From Fibrobacteria bacterium (lineage in GTDB: Bacteria; Fibrobacterota; Chitinivibrionia; Chitinivibrionales; FEN-1185), in the NCBI GenBank assembly GCA_037447435.1, contig JBBIGR010000007.1:64001-128000 (forward strand): DNA of 64,000 nucleotides, written 5' to 3'. The first letter of the stretch is position 1, and each line of letters begins with the position of its first letter. Made by a program: the position numbers and the translations under genes. Shown one piece after another: positions 28,739 to 38,674 of this stretch. Below the pieces are notes generated by a model. That model was not told where the DNA came from, searched no databases, and saw only the letters and a program-made list of their open reading frames with translations.

Positions 28739-31030
28739 TCAAGTTTTTTGAGAAATAACATTTTTCGCAGCTGCGACAACCAATTGACCGTACGAAATGC
28801 TCTCGTCGTTTGGCGGCATGCGGCGATGCAGAACCGGTATGAGCCCGGATTGCCGTAACAAAGGCACAAGACGCGAAACAAGCATCGCATTTTGAAAAAC
28901 CCCGCCGCATAAACATACGTAGTTATTCCGGCATTGTTGCGCGCAAATTGTCGCCGCCGCAGCGGTTGCCTGTGCAAGAGTCGTATGAAAACGGGCTGCA
29001 ATAATGGGTATGGCTACCTTATCTTTTAAATCGTACCAGATTTCCCCAAGCATCGCCTGCGCATCGATCGAAATTCCGTTTTCGTCAAAACCCAAAGGCG
29101 AACCGTATGCGCCGCTTTCATGTTCATCGGCTATTCCCTCGAGCAATATTGCAGGCTGCCCTTCATAGTTGCGATACGTGCAAATGCCCAGCAAAGCGGA
29201 CACCGCATCAAAGAGCCGTCCCATACCGCATGATTGAGGGCTGTTCGTTTTTGATGCGCATAAGTCCAGGACCGCTTGCTTTTCACCGTCAGGCATCCAA
29301 GGCATGGTTTGGAAAATGTCTTTTCCCAGTATCGGGGCAAGACCGGCCACGGCAATGCGACCGGGATTTTTTATCGCCTCATCGCCGCCGGGTAAAGATA
29401 AATACGACATATGCCCGAGTCGCGTATACGACGCATAGCTCGCGTGCAAAAATTCGCTGCCCCAAATCGTCCCGTCGTCGCCGTAGCCGGTGCCGTCGAA
29501 AACGATGCACAGGGCATTGTCGGGAATTTCGTTTTCGGCCATGCAGGCCGCGGCATGGGCATGATGGTGCTGGACGGTCGCAACCGGTACCCCTTGCTGG
29601 TTGGCATACGATAAAACCAGGGATTGGGGATGCATGTCGCAAATAAACGCTTTTGGCAACACGTTTAGCGCATGCGTCAAATGGCGCACGGTGCGGTCCA
29701 TTGCGTCGAGGTCTTCGAGCGTTTCCACGGTACCCAGGTACTGGGAGCAATAACAATTCGCTCCTCTGCCGACCGCTATGGTGCTTTTGAGCACGCCGCC
29801 CAGCGCTACAAGTGAATCGACCGGTATCGGGGACGGCAATGCCTGCGGCACGAAACCGCGCGAGCGGCGCAACATCATCGGCGCATCGCCGATCGTCCGC
29901 ACAATGGAATCGTCGTTGCGTATGTAAATGTCGCGGTCGTGTGTGAGAAACGCGTCGGCAATGCCGGAAAGCGACGCGAGGGCGTCGCTATTGTCAAAGC
30001 ATATCGGCCTCTCCGAACTGTTTGCGCTTGTCATGACCAGCGGCACATCGATGCCGCCGCCGGAGGCAAACAGCAGATGGTGTATGGGCGTATAGGGTAG
30101 CATGATGCCCAGGGTCGTCATATTCGGCGCGACAGCATTGCTTATAGATAAAGGTCCGGGCTTTTTCCTGAGAATAACGATGGGGTTTTCCCTGCTTTGC
30201 AGCAACCGGAGTTCATCGGCGGAAATATCGGCGAGGCTTTGCGCCTGTTTTGCCGAACCCGCCATAAGCGCAAAAGGCTTTTCTTCGCGATGCTTTTTCC
30301 ACCGAAGCCTTTGCACCGCCTCGTCGTTATCGGCCCTGCATGCCAAATGAAAACCGCCGATTCCTTTTATCGCGACGATATTGCCTTTTAGCAATAAATC
30401 CGCTGTTTGTAAAATCGGGTCCCGGCCCGCGATGGGAAAGCCCTGGGAATCTAAAAGCGATAGTGTGGGGCCGCAAAAGTTGCAGCAAATGGGCTGGGCA
30501 TGGTATCGCCGGTTCGTCGGATCTTCGTATTCTTTTTTGCAATCGTCGCACAGGGGAAATTGCGCCATGGTGGTGCTGCAGCGGTCGTAGGGCAATTCCC
30601 TGATAATGGTATAACGCGGACCGCAATCCGTGCAATTGATGAACGAATGACGGTACCGTCTGTCAGCCGGATCGAACAGTTCGGCGCGGCACGAGTCGCA
30701 TAGTCCGGTGTCGGCGGTAATGTCGATGCAAAGCGGTCCGTCGTTTTCACTGGCAACGATGCAAAATTCCGCGGGAACGTCGGCAGGAAAAAATTCTTCA
30801 ATATCAATTTTATTGATGCGTGCCAAGACCGGTGCTAGCGACCGTATGGTGTCGATAAAGCCGTCGATATCCGTTTTGTTTCCATGCGCGCAGACGGTCA
30901 CGCCGCCCGTCCCGTTTGAAACTGAACCGGTAACGGCATGCGCAAGCGCGGCCCGGTATACAAAGGGCCTAAAGCCGACGCCTTGTACCGTGCCGCAAAT
31001 AGTGATTTTAACGGAAATAATTTGATTCAT
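28739..31030 (-). CDS. hypF: Carbamoyltransferase HypF
   Basis: GTVQGVGFRPFV, two zinc fingers, KGIGGFHL, QHHHAH, DGTGYG, GGVFQN. Confidence 0.96.
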   Translation of the reverse strand: MNQIISVKITICGTVQGVGFRPFVYRAALAHAVTGSVSNGTGGVTVCAHGNKTDIDGFIDTIRSLAPVLARINKIDIEEFFPADVPAEFCIVASENDGPLCIDITADTGLCDSCRAELFDPADRRYRHSFINCTDCGPRYTIIRELPYDRCSTTMAQFPLCDDCKKEYEDPTNRRYHAQPICCNFCGPTLSLLDSQGFPIAGRDPILQTADLLLKGNIVAIKGIGGFHLACRADNDEAVQRLRWKKHREEKPFALMAGSAKQAQSLADISADELRLLQSRENPIVILRKKPGPLSISNAVAPNMTTLGIMLPYTPIHHLLFASGGGIDVPLVMTSANSSERPICFDNSDALASLSGIADAFLTHDRDIYIRNDDSIVRTIGDAPMMLRRSRGFVPQALPSPIPVDSLVALGGVLKSTIAVGRGANCYCSQYLGTVETLEDLDAMDRTVRHLTHALNVLPKAFICDMHPQSLVLSYANQQGVPVATVQHHHAHAAACMAENEIPDNALCIVFDGTGYGDDGTIWGSEFLHASYASYTRLGHMSYLSLPGGDEAIKNPGRIAVAGLAPILGKDIFQTMPWMPDGEKQAVLDLCASKTNSPQSCGMGRLFDAVSALLGICTYRNYEGQPAILLEGIADEHESGAYGSPLGFDENGISIDAQAMLGEIWYDLKDKVAIPIIAARFHTTLAQATAAAATICAQQCRNNYVCLCGGVFQNAMLVSRLVPLLRQSGLIPVLHRRMPPNDESISYGQLVVAAAKNVISQKT

Positions 31031-31101
31031 GCAAAGAAAAAAATCCGGTCGGAAAGGTTTTCCCTTCGGGCAACCCGAAAGGGAGAAAATATTTTTTTAT
31101 T

Positions 31102-31749
31102 TCATTTTCCCGAATTCACGACGTAATTGAAAAAATCGTCCACCCCCTGCCCGGTGGTGCATGATGTTTTTATGATTGTCGCGTCGTTCCTCAATTTCCT
31201 GATGTCGCTTTCGGCGCGTTCGACATTGAAGTTTACGTATGGTAATAAGTCTATTTTGTTGATAACCACGACCTCGGCCCGTATAAACAGGCTCGGATAT
31301 TTAATGGGCTTTTCGTCGCCTTCGGTGGTCGACAGTACGGCGATCTTCACGTCTTCCCCCAAATCGTACGACGATGGGCAAACCAGGTTGCCGACGTTTT
31401 CGATGATAAGGCTGCTCACGCCTTCCAGGGAAAGCTTTTTAAGCTCCACGTTGATCATATGTGCGGTCAAATGGCATGAACCGCGCGTTTCGATTTGTAT
31501 TGCCCGGGCGCCCGCCGCCTCTATCCTGTTTTTGTCAAGTTGCGTCTGGATGTCGCCGGTTATGACCAATAGTTTTTTGCCGAGCCGTTTTCCCAGCGCT
31601 TCCATAAGCGATGTTTTGCCCGATCCGGGAGAGCTTATCACATTAAGCACCGAAAGCCCGGCAGCTTTGAATATCGCACGGTTTTCCTGAGCGATTGCGT
31701 CGTTTATCGCGTGCGCGCTTTTTGCGAGCCTTATTTTTTCAATCATCAT
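31102..31749 (-). CDS. hypB: Hydrogenase nickel incorporation GTPase HypB
   Basis: SSPGSGKT, CHL, ENVGNLVCP, EGDEKP.KYP, NKID. Confidence 0.96.
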   Translation of the reverse strand: MMIEKIRLAKSAHAINDAIAQENRAIFKAAGLSVLNVISSPGSGKTSLMEALGKRLGKKLLVITGDIQTQLDKNRIEAAGARAIQIETRGSCHLTAHMINVELKKLSLEGVSSLIIENVGNLVCPSSYDLGEDVKIAVLSTTEGDEKPIKYPSLFIRAEVVVINKIDLLPYVNFNVERAESDIRKLRNDATIIKTSCTTGQGVDDFFNYVVNSGK

Positions 31750-32074
31750 CGACCTCTATGCTTTCTATGGTACAATCGTGTCCGGATTTAATCGAGCGGT
31801 TATATCCGTTGCATGCGGGGCATGTCGCGCCCATGCTGTTTGCCGTATATTCCGTATTGCAAACGCACAAAAACGTCGCGGGAACTTCCTTGGTTTCCAC
31901 CGTCACGTCTTCCATGCCGAGTTCGGGCAAAACGATTTCGAGGTACATAAGAAGGGAATCAACGAAAATGCCGCTCAATATCCCCACGGCAAGCGTGATT
32001 TTTTTTACCGGTCTGTTTTGCGCCGTTTGTCTGACGATTTCGGCGATTTCCGCTGCAACCGAATATTCATGCAT
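31739..32074 (-). CDS. hypA: Hydrogenase nickel chaperone HypA
   Basis: MHE start; CVC...CPAC; IESIEV. Confidence 0.9.
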   Translation of the reverse strand: MHEYSVAAEIAEIVRQTAQNRPVKKITLAVGILSGIFVDSLLMYLEIVLPELGMEDVTVETKEVPATFLCVCNTEYTANSMGATCPACNGYNRSIKSGHDCTIESIEVDDD

Positions 32075-33125
32075 CGATGGCGTCCGTCCTTTTTTCCGCA
32101 TTGTGAAGCTGCAGGCCCTTTTGGGAAATAATCGTTGACAATCGATCCGCATCGGCGCCTTCCGAGAGGCCGCGGCAGCCGGTGCAGGAAATATCGTTTT
32201 GCGGGCAGACGGCATTGCATCCCGCGCGGGTAACAGGGCCAAGGCAGGCATAGCCTTTGTCGAACATGCATTCCACTGCCTGCATTTTGCATTCGCTGCA
32301 CACCGGATAGCCGGGCACAAACGGGTCCGCTCCCACGATAACGGCCTTTACGATTTTCGATAATTCATGCGTAAAAACCGGACATCCGTATACCGAATGA
32401 TCGACGCGAATGAAGCGGCGAAGGCTTGTTGTATCATCCGTGCAGGAGTCGGCGGCGACAACAATGCGAGAGTTGCTTCGGAGTTCCTTGACAAAATCTT
32501 CTTGCGAAGGATACAAAACCCTGCCGATGAGTATCGCGATCGAATAACGGCCCACAGGACTGTTTGCATAGGAAACGGCGTCAAAAACGTCCATGGTGCC
32601 TGCCAGCACTCCGATTGCATCCTTGATTTCGGATAACTTTTTTAGACATCCGTCGCATTCATTCAGCATGCACAGCGCGATGGTCGGTTTTTTTTCGGTG
32701 TGGACAATGTTGTTACGGGAATAAAACGCTTTTGAGCGAGGATTTATTGCCGAATAGTTGTTGCCGAATACCGTTTGCAGCGAATCGTTTGCGCCAAACG
32801 GTCCGCGAATCCCGATGCCGCTTCCTATCGGCAAAGACACAATCGCCCGGCTCAAGGCCGACCGCTGCGCGACCGAAACGCGAAGGGTGTTGCTTTTGGG
32901 TGATTGAGTTAAAAAACATTCTTCGCCGATACCGGGAACGGATAAAAGCACTTTTTGATTTCCGGTTTCATCCGCAGGTGCGTCGTGAGGGAAGGGTTTT
33001 GCGGCGTCGGAGGAGTATGCGAGTTCGATTACCCATGCCATTCCTTGCTTTTCCCTGTTTGCAATGACGCACACGCCGGGCGTATACAACGATGGCGGTT
33101 GTTCGCAACCGCAGCCTTCACACAT
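32067..33125 (-). CDS. Fusion of a truncated sulfhydrogenase gamma (FAD-binding N-part) with a delta/small subunit
   Basis: SVPGIGE...GIRGPFG, then KKPTIA...CDGC, GCP, CSECK...C...CLGPVTRAGC.AVCP...CTGCRG. Confidence 0.7.
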   Translation of the reverse strand: MCEGCGCEQPPSLYTPGVCVIANREKQGMAWVIELAYSSDAAKPFPHDAPADETGNQKVLLSVPGIGEECFLTQSPKSNTLRVSVAQRSALSRAIVSLPIGSGIGIRGPFGANDSLQTVFGNNYSAINPRSKAFYSRNNIVHTEKKPTIALCMLNECDGCLKKLSEIKDAIGVLAGTMDVFDAVSYANSPVGRYSIAILIGRVLYPSQEDFVKELRSNSRIVVAADSCTDDTTSLRRFIRVDHSVYGCPVFTHELSKIVKAVIVGADPFVPGYPVCSECKMQAVECMFDKGYACLGPVTRAGCNAVCPQNDISCTGCRGLSEGADADRLSTIISQKGLQLHNAEKRTDAIDA

Positions 33126-34146
33126 GATGTGCCTCCGTACCGGTACGTTCGATGTTGTCGAAAGGGAATGCGATGTCCGGCACGCAGGCGGTTTTACATC
33201 TTCCGCAGCCCACGCAGCCGGCTGTTTCGTATTTTTTTGGAACCTCTATTGCCTTGCATTGTATTCTATACTGCAATCGCGACGCGGCATTTGGCCCGCC
33301 ATTGTCCGTGTCATTTTTGTACAGACAGGAATCCCATTGGCGATACCGCAGTCCGTATTCAAGGGAAGCCGCGACCTCATCGTGCAGAGAAAAACAAAAG
33401 CAGGTCGGGCAAACCATGGTGCAGCTGGCGCAGGAAAAACATTTTTCCGCACGCGCATTCACTGTTTCCCCCAAAGGCATCGGCATATTCCGATACGAAT
33501 TTTTCTCGTTTCCATAAGGGGTTGCAAGCTTTTGTTTGCTTATAACGTCTTTCGCATCCGCGCTTGCCGGATCCAGGTTTACCGTTGAAAACAATTCTTT
33601 GCCCCGTTCGGTCACGATTTCCACGCCGTACATGGTTTCGCCGATGTCGAAAAGAATGACATCGGCAGCGGCATACGGCTCATGGCCTTTGAGCATGGTG
33701 TGCGAGAAATTGAATTGCGGGCGTTTCGTCGGGAAAATACCGATCAGCGTCGTCGCCTGTCTGCGGCTGCAATAATGCGGATCGTACCGATCGAGAGAAA
33801 ATACCTTGTCAAGTAACGCGACGGCTGCCAAATCCCACGGATGCATGCCCGCGATGATCTGGTCTTTTTGCGAATACGCGGGTTCGTACGAGCCGCTGAT
33901 CGGCGGCTCGTACGAAAGCAGCACTTCCTTGGGAGGAAGAAGAAAATGTTTCGGCGAAAAGACGGTTTGGGGAAAATCGAGCCGCAGGTCTTTGTGATTT
34001 TCCAGTTTATCGTAGGTAAAGCTGTTGCCTTTTTGCACCGGGGCAATAACATCCACCGGACCGGCCACCAGGTCCTTAACAAAATCAAGGAATTGCGATT
34101 TCCGTATTTGGGATAGTTCCATAAAAGTTTCATGAAAATACTTCAT
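33118..34146 (-). CDS. Sulfhydrogenase beta/AsrA-like 2x[4Fe-4S] subunit
   Basis: SPK.FLLPPKE.L, CFSCASCTMVCPTCFCF, WDSC, CVGCGRC..AC; start may be 34122. Confidence 0.85.
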   Translation of the reverse strand: MKYFHETFMELSQIRKSQFLDFVKDLVAGPVDVIAPVQKGNSFTYDKLENHKDLRLDFPQTVFSPKHFLLPPKEVLLSYEPPISGSYEPAYSQKDQIIAGMHPWDLAAVALLDKVFSLDRYDPHYCSRRQATTLIGIFPTKRPQFNFSHTMLKGHEPYAAADVILFDIGETMYGVEIVTERGKELFSTVNLDPASADAKDVISKQKLATPYGNEKNSYRNMPMPLGETVNARAEKCFSCASCTMVCPTCFCFSLHDEVAASLEYGLRYRQWDSCLYKNDTDNGGPNAASRLQYRIQCKAIEVPKKYETAGCVGCGRCKTACVPDIAFPFDNIERTGTEAHHV

Positions 34147-34221
34147 TGGTATACCTGCGGCGTTTTGTGACAACTTATTTTATGGCTTCATTATTCTATA
34201 TATTGAAAGGAAAAAAAGGCA

Positions 34222-35898
34222 ATGGCCGAAAAATTCGTATACTACATGCATCGGATGACCAAAATTTATCCGCCCAAAAAAGAGGTGCTCAAAGACGTCT
34301 CTTTGTCGTTCTATTACGGCGCAAAGATAGGCATTATTGGTACCAACGGATCCGGCAAAAGCACGCTCATGCGCATCATGGCCGGAATCGACAAGGAATA
34401 TCTGGGCGAAGCATGGCTCGAACAGGGCCGTACGGTCGGGTATTTGCCGCAGGAACCAAAACTCGAAGAAACCCTTTCGGTGCGAGAAAATGTTGAAATG
34501 GCGGTAAAACACAAGCGCAACATGCTTTCGGAATTTGAAGAAATTTCCATGAAATTCGGCGAACCCATGGACGACGAAGCCATGCAAAAGCTCATGGACC
34601 GTCAGGCAAAATTGCAGGACGAAATTGACGCCTGCGATGCATGGGAGCTCGACCGTCATATGGAAATAGCGATGGACGCGCTTCGCTGCCCGCCGGCGGA
34701 TTCCCCGGTCAATACACTCTCCGGCGGAGAGCGCCGCCGCGTCGCGCTGTGCCGCTTGCTTTTAGAGGAACCCGATTTGTTATTGCTCGACGAACCAACC
34801 AACCATTTGGATGCCGAATCGGTCGCCTGGCTCGAGCGCACGCTTAAGGAATATAAAGGGTCGGTCATCCTGACGACCCATGACCGGTATTTCCTTGACA
34901 ATGTCGTTGGCTGGATTTTGGAAATAGACCGCGGCAGGGGAATACCGTGGGAAGGCAATTATACCTCGTGGCTCGAACAAAAAACCAAGCGGCTTGCCCA
35001 GGAGGAACGTGAAGAAACAAATCGTCAGGCTCGCTTGAAAAAGGAATTGGACTGGATTCATTTGTCCCAAAAGGCACGCCAGGCAAAAGGCAAGGCGCGA
35101 TTGAATGCCTACGAAGACCTCCGCAACCAGGAAGGGCTCGACAAATTAAAAACCGCGACCATTGTCATTCCGCAAGGTGAGCGGCTCGGCGATGTCGTTA
35201 TCAAGGCCGACAATCTTTCAAAGGCGTACGGCGACAAGCTCCTGTTCGAAAAAATGAGTTTTAATTTGCCGCGCGCAGGCATCGTCGGCGTGATCGGTCC
35301 AAACGGCGCGGGAAAATCCACGCTGTTCAAAATGATCACGGGCCAGGAAAAATCCGATAGCGGTACATTGCAGCTCGGCGATACGGTTCAGCTCAGTTAT
35401 GTCGATCAGACCCGCGACGCGCTCAACGGCGAGAATACCATTTTTCAGGAAATTACCGGAGGATTGGACATTATCGTCCTGGGCAAGCTTCAGGTAAATT
35501 CGCGCGCCTATGTGGGGTATTTCAATTTTTCGGGCGCCGATCAGCAAAAGCTGGTTAAAGATTGCTCGGGAGGGGAACGCAACAGGGTTCATTTGGCAAA
35601 ACTGCTGCAACGCGGCGGCAATGTCCTGTTGCTCGACGAACCGACAAACGATCTCGACGTGGAGACTTTGCAATCGCTCGAACAGGCAATTCTTGACTTT
35701 TCGGGATGCGTCGTGGTCATTACCCATGACCGGTGGTTTTTAAACCGCATCGCCACGCATATTTTGGCTTTCGAGGGAGACAGTCAGGCATATTGGTTCG
35801 AGGGAAACTTCGAAGAATACGAAGAAGCCAAAAAAGCTCGCCTCGGCATTACCGACGATCAGCCCAAAAGGATCAAATACAAACCCTTGGTACGGTAA
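34222..35898 (+). CDS. ettA: Energy-dependent translational throttle ABC-F protein EttA
   Basis: Two ABC domains; SFYYGAKIG, GIPWEGNYTSWLEQK, KARQAK, RIKYK. Confidence 0.95.
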   Translation: MAEKFVYYMHRMTKIYPPKKEVLKDVSLSFYYGAKIGIIGTNGSGKSTLMRIMAGIDKEYLGEAWLEQGRTVGYLPQEPKLEETLSVRENVEMAVKHKRNMLSEFEEISMKFGEPMDDEAMQKLMDRQAKLQDEIDACDAWELDRHMEIAMDALRCPPADSPVNTLSGGERRRVALCRLLLEEPDLLLLDEPTNHLDAESVAWLERTLKEYKGSVILTTHDRYFLDNVVGWILEIDRGRGIPWEGNYTSWLEQKTKRLAQEEREETNRQARLKKELDWIHLSQKARQAKGKARLNAYEDLRNQEGLDKLKTATIVIPQGERLGDVVIKADNLSKAYGDKLLFEKMSFNLPRAGIVGVIGPNGAGKSTLFKMITGQEKSDSGTLQLGDTVQLSYVDQTRDALNGENTIFQEITGGLDIIVLGKLQVNSRAYVGYFNFSGADQQKLVKDCSGGERNRVHLAKLLQRGGNVLLLDEPTNDLDVETLQSLEQAILDFSGCVVVITHDRWFLNRIATHILAFEGDSQAYWFEGNFEEYEEAKKARLGITDDQPKRIKYKPLVR

Positions 35899-35909
35899 CG
35901 AACAATTAA

Positions 35910-35936
35910 ACCTGCCGGAGACTGCATCCGGCAGGT
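35910..35936. terminator. Stem-loop after ettA
   Basis: ACCTGCCGGA-7 nt-TCCGGCAGGT; weak U-tail. Confidence 0.45.
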
Positions 35937-36236
35937 ATCCACCATCACCTAAAGGAGGTTTCAAGATCCCAGAAAGCAGTCAATAATACTACGGGGTTCA
36001 TTGAAGGAAAATTGTGGAATAAAATGTTGTCTGTAAATAATATTGACCCGGAATTTGACGGGAAATAAAACTTCGGTTAATCTTTAAAAAATTTGATTTA
36101 AGGGGATTCTGCTGTCATTATTTTAACCCGAATTTGATTTTATTAAAGAATTTATTTATATTTATGGTATTATAACTAAATGATTTGTTTAATTATAAGG
36201 TCTTATATCTAAATTATAGCTCGGAAAAACTGATAT

Positions 36237-37550
36237 ATGAAACGATTTATCCTATTTGACCTAGAGGAGTGGGCAAAATCAGATCGCCGCAAGCCCTTGA
36301 TTATTAAGGGCGCAAGGCAGGTAGGAAAAACATGGGTAGTCAATGAATTTGGAAAACGGAGTTTTAAAAACTTTGTCAGCCTGGATTTTGAAAAAATTCC
36401 AGGCTTGAACAAAATCTTCGAAAAAGACAGTGAGCCGGTACGAATCATAGCCGAGTTGGAACTGTTTTGCGGACAACCCATTAAAGCAGGCGAAACGCTG
36501 CTTTTTTTTGATGAAGTCCAGGCTTGTCCCAAAGCCATCATGGCATTGCGCTATTTTTATGAAAACATGCCGAATTTGCATGTGGTTTGCGCGGGGTCCC
36601 TTCTGGAGTTCTCTTTGCAAACGATAAGTGTTCCGGTGGGCAGAGTGCAATTCATGTTTATGGGTCCGATGTCGTTTGCGGAATATCTTGCCGCAATTGG
36701 CCGGGAAGATCTGGCACTGGAAATTTTGCAGCCGCCGCATGAAATGCCTGATAGCGTGCACACGTTGTTATGTGACGAGCTTAAACGGTATTTTTTCGTA
36801 GGAGGAATGCCGGAGGCTGTCAAGGAATACTGTAAGACAAAATCAATACGCGATTCGTTTGCCGTTCAGGCGGAAATTTGCGAAAGCTATAGGCTTGATT
36901 TTGCGAAATATTCGCCGCATGTTGACAAACGATGCCTCGATTTGGTGCTTGGTGCTGCCATGCAGAATATTGGGACACAACTAAAATACACGCATCTATG
37001 TACCGACTTTTCCATCCCTACGGTAAAAAAAGCCTTTGACCTATTGTGTTGCGCCCGGGTTCTTTATAAAATTCCATCTGCGTCGCTTGCCGGATTGCCG
37101 TTATCGGCCAATGCGTCGTCCAAGATTTTCAAGGCAATTGCCGTTGATTCCGGGATCATGCGATATATGTCGCGGTTACCCGAGGATGTTGAATATAGCA
37201 AAGAATTGCTTGCAGTATTTCATGGGGCAATGGCCGAACAGTTTGTTGGGCAGGAAATGTTGTTGTCACAATTCCAGGATCTTTATTATTGGAATCGTGA
37301 GACCAATGGCAGTAACGCTGAAATTGATTTTATTGCTGTTTTTTCAGGGAAAATTTATCCCATTGAAGTAAAGGCCGGATCATCAGGACGATTACGGAGC
37401 CTGCATTTAGCATTGAAAACATATCCCCATTGCGAAGAAGGAATGGTTTTTTCTGCACGAAACTATTCAAAGTTACCGGAAGAACGATTGAGTTTTATCC
37501 CCCTTTATTTTGCATTTTCAGCAACCGGTGGAATAGGGCACCTACAATAA
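36237..37550 (+). CDS. AAA_14 ATPase with DUF4143 (PD-(D/E)XK-like) C-terminal domain
   Basis: GARQVGKT, FFDEVQ, GGMPE, EIDF...PIEVK. Confidence 0.9.
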   Translation: MKRFILFDLEEWAKSDRRKPLIIKGARQVGKTWVVNEFGKRSFKNFVSLDFEKIPGLNKIFEKDSEPVRIIAELELFCGQPIKAGETLLFFDEVQACPKAIMALRYFYENMPNLHVVCAGSLLEFSLQTISVPVGRVQFMFMGPMSFAEYLAAIGREDLALEILQPPHEMPDSVHTLLCDELKRYFFVGGMPEAVKEYCKTKSIRDSFAVQAEICESYRLDFAKYSPHVDKRCLDLVLGAAMQNIGTQLKYTHLCTDFSIPTVKKAFDLLCCARVLYKIPSASLAGLPLSANASSKIFKAIAVDSGIMRYMSRLPEDVEYSKELLAVFHGAMAEQFVGQEMLLSQFQDLYYWNRETNGSNAEIDFIAVFSGKIYPIEVKAGSSGRLRSLHLALKTYPHCEEGMVFSARNYSKLPEERLSFIPLYFAFSATGGIGHLQ

Positions 37551-37706
37551 AAAAACCCTGCCGGGCTGCGGCGGCAGGTTCGCCCTTTTTCGATGTAGGA
37601 AGTACTGAGGAAAAACGTACTTAACTATTCGAACGAAACGAGTAAACGGCCGTAGGTCGCCTACTCACAGCCGTAATGAATACGCGATATTCCGCGATAT
37701 TATTGC
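37549..37706 (-). ncRNA. Candidate small RNA (about 155 nt)
   Basis: Minus-strand TTGATT-17-TATAAA at 37740-37712; CCTGCCG/CGGCAGG stem plus U7 at 37578-37549; no ATG-started ORF in between. Confidence 0.4.
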
Positions 37707-37851
37707 CGATATTTATAATTATTATTAAAAAAAAAATCAAAACTTTATGCAAAACCGCTTTGAGATAATAGCGGTATTTCCACAGCATCGCTGCTGGGGC
37801 GTTTTTAAAAGTACCCGGGGGAGTTACGGAAAGGCTTTGAATGCGGTCCGA

Positions 37852-38202
37852 TTACTCCTTTTCAATGACCTGCTCGCTGAATTCCTCGTATGAATCGAAT
37901 AAAAAGCCGTCGAAAACGATATCGAATTTGAGCGTTTCAAGGATATAGTTCACGTATTCGTTTGAAGAAATTATGTACATTGCGCCGCCCATTTTCTTGA
38001 CCTTGTTCAAATTATAGACCAAGGCGCCGATGCCCCCGGAACAAATGAAGGTGACTTCGTCGAGGTTGAACACGATACGGGAATTGCCGCTGTCGATGAG
38101 CTGTTGAATTTCCTTGTCGAGTTGACGAGCGCTTTCCCAATCGACTTTGCCGTTGATCTTGATGATTTTATATGTCTTGATTTCCGTGACAGCCAAGTCC
38201 AA
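37852..38202 (-). CDS. STAS-domain anti-sigma factor antagonist
   Basis: GKVD, IVFNLDEVTFICSGGIGALV; TTG start with AAAGGGG RBS. Confidence 0.88.
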   Translation of the reverse strand: MDLAVTEIKTYKIIKINGKVDWESARQLDKEIQQLIDSGNSRIVFNLDEVTFICSGGIGALVYNLNKVKKMGGAMYIISSNEYVNYILETLKFDIVFDGFLFDSYEEFSEQVIEKE

Positions 38203-38674
38203 AATAATCCCCTTTGTTAATGGGTTCGGTTTATAATTCCTTGAAATCCCCGTCGACCACCGTCGCTTTATCGTTTTTAAACCGCTGCGTTTTCGGCGGC
38301 TCGTTTTTTTTCTTGCCCGAAAGAGGTTTCCCCAAAAAGGAAAAAACCATTCTGACAATAAAGAATATAACTAAAAGGCGTAATCCCCAAATAATGAAGG
38401 CTATCATATGTGCTCCGTGTCAAGGAATGGAATACTTCGGTTCCGCTTGTGTCGCGACGATCAAAGGAAGTATGCCGTAAAATTACATTTCGCCCGGGCG
38501 GTTTAAAAATTTGCCGCGCCCGAATAAAAAAATCCTTTGCACGGTAATGCGATAATGCCTTCCTCTCGGGAGAAGAAAATAATTATCTTTGTTAAGCGTA
38601 CTCTTTCCCTATTACGTATAGTATCAAATACAATCCGGAAAAAATCAATCTCTTTGGTGCGAAAGGAATCGGCT

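Noticed and set aside
35910..37580. CCTGCCG hairpins flanking the DUF4143 gene as mobile-element ends
   Set aside because: A similar hairpin occurs at 61160; they behave like ordinary terminators, with no target duplication or transposase
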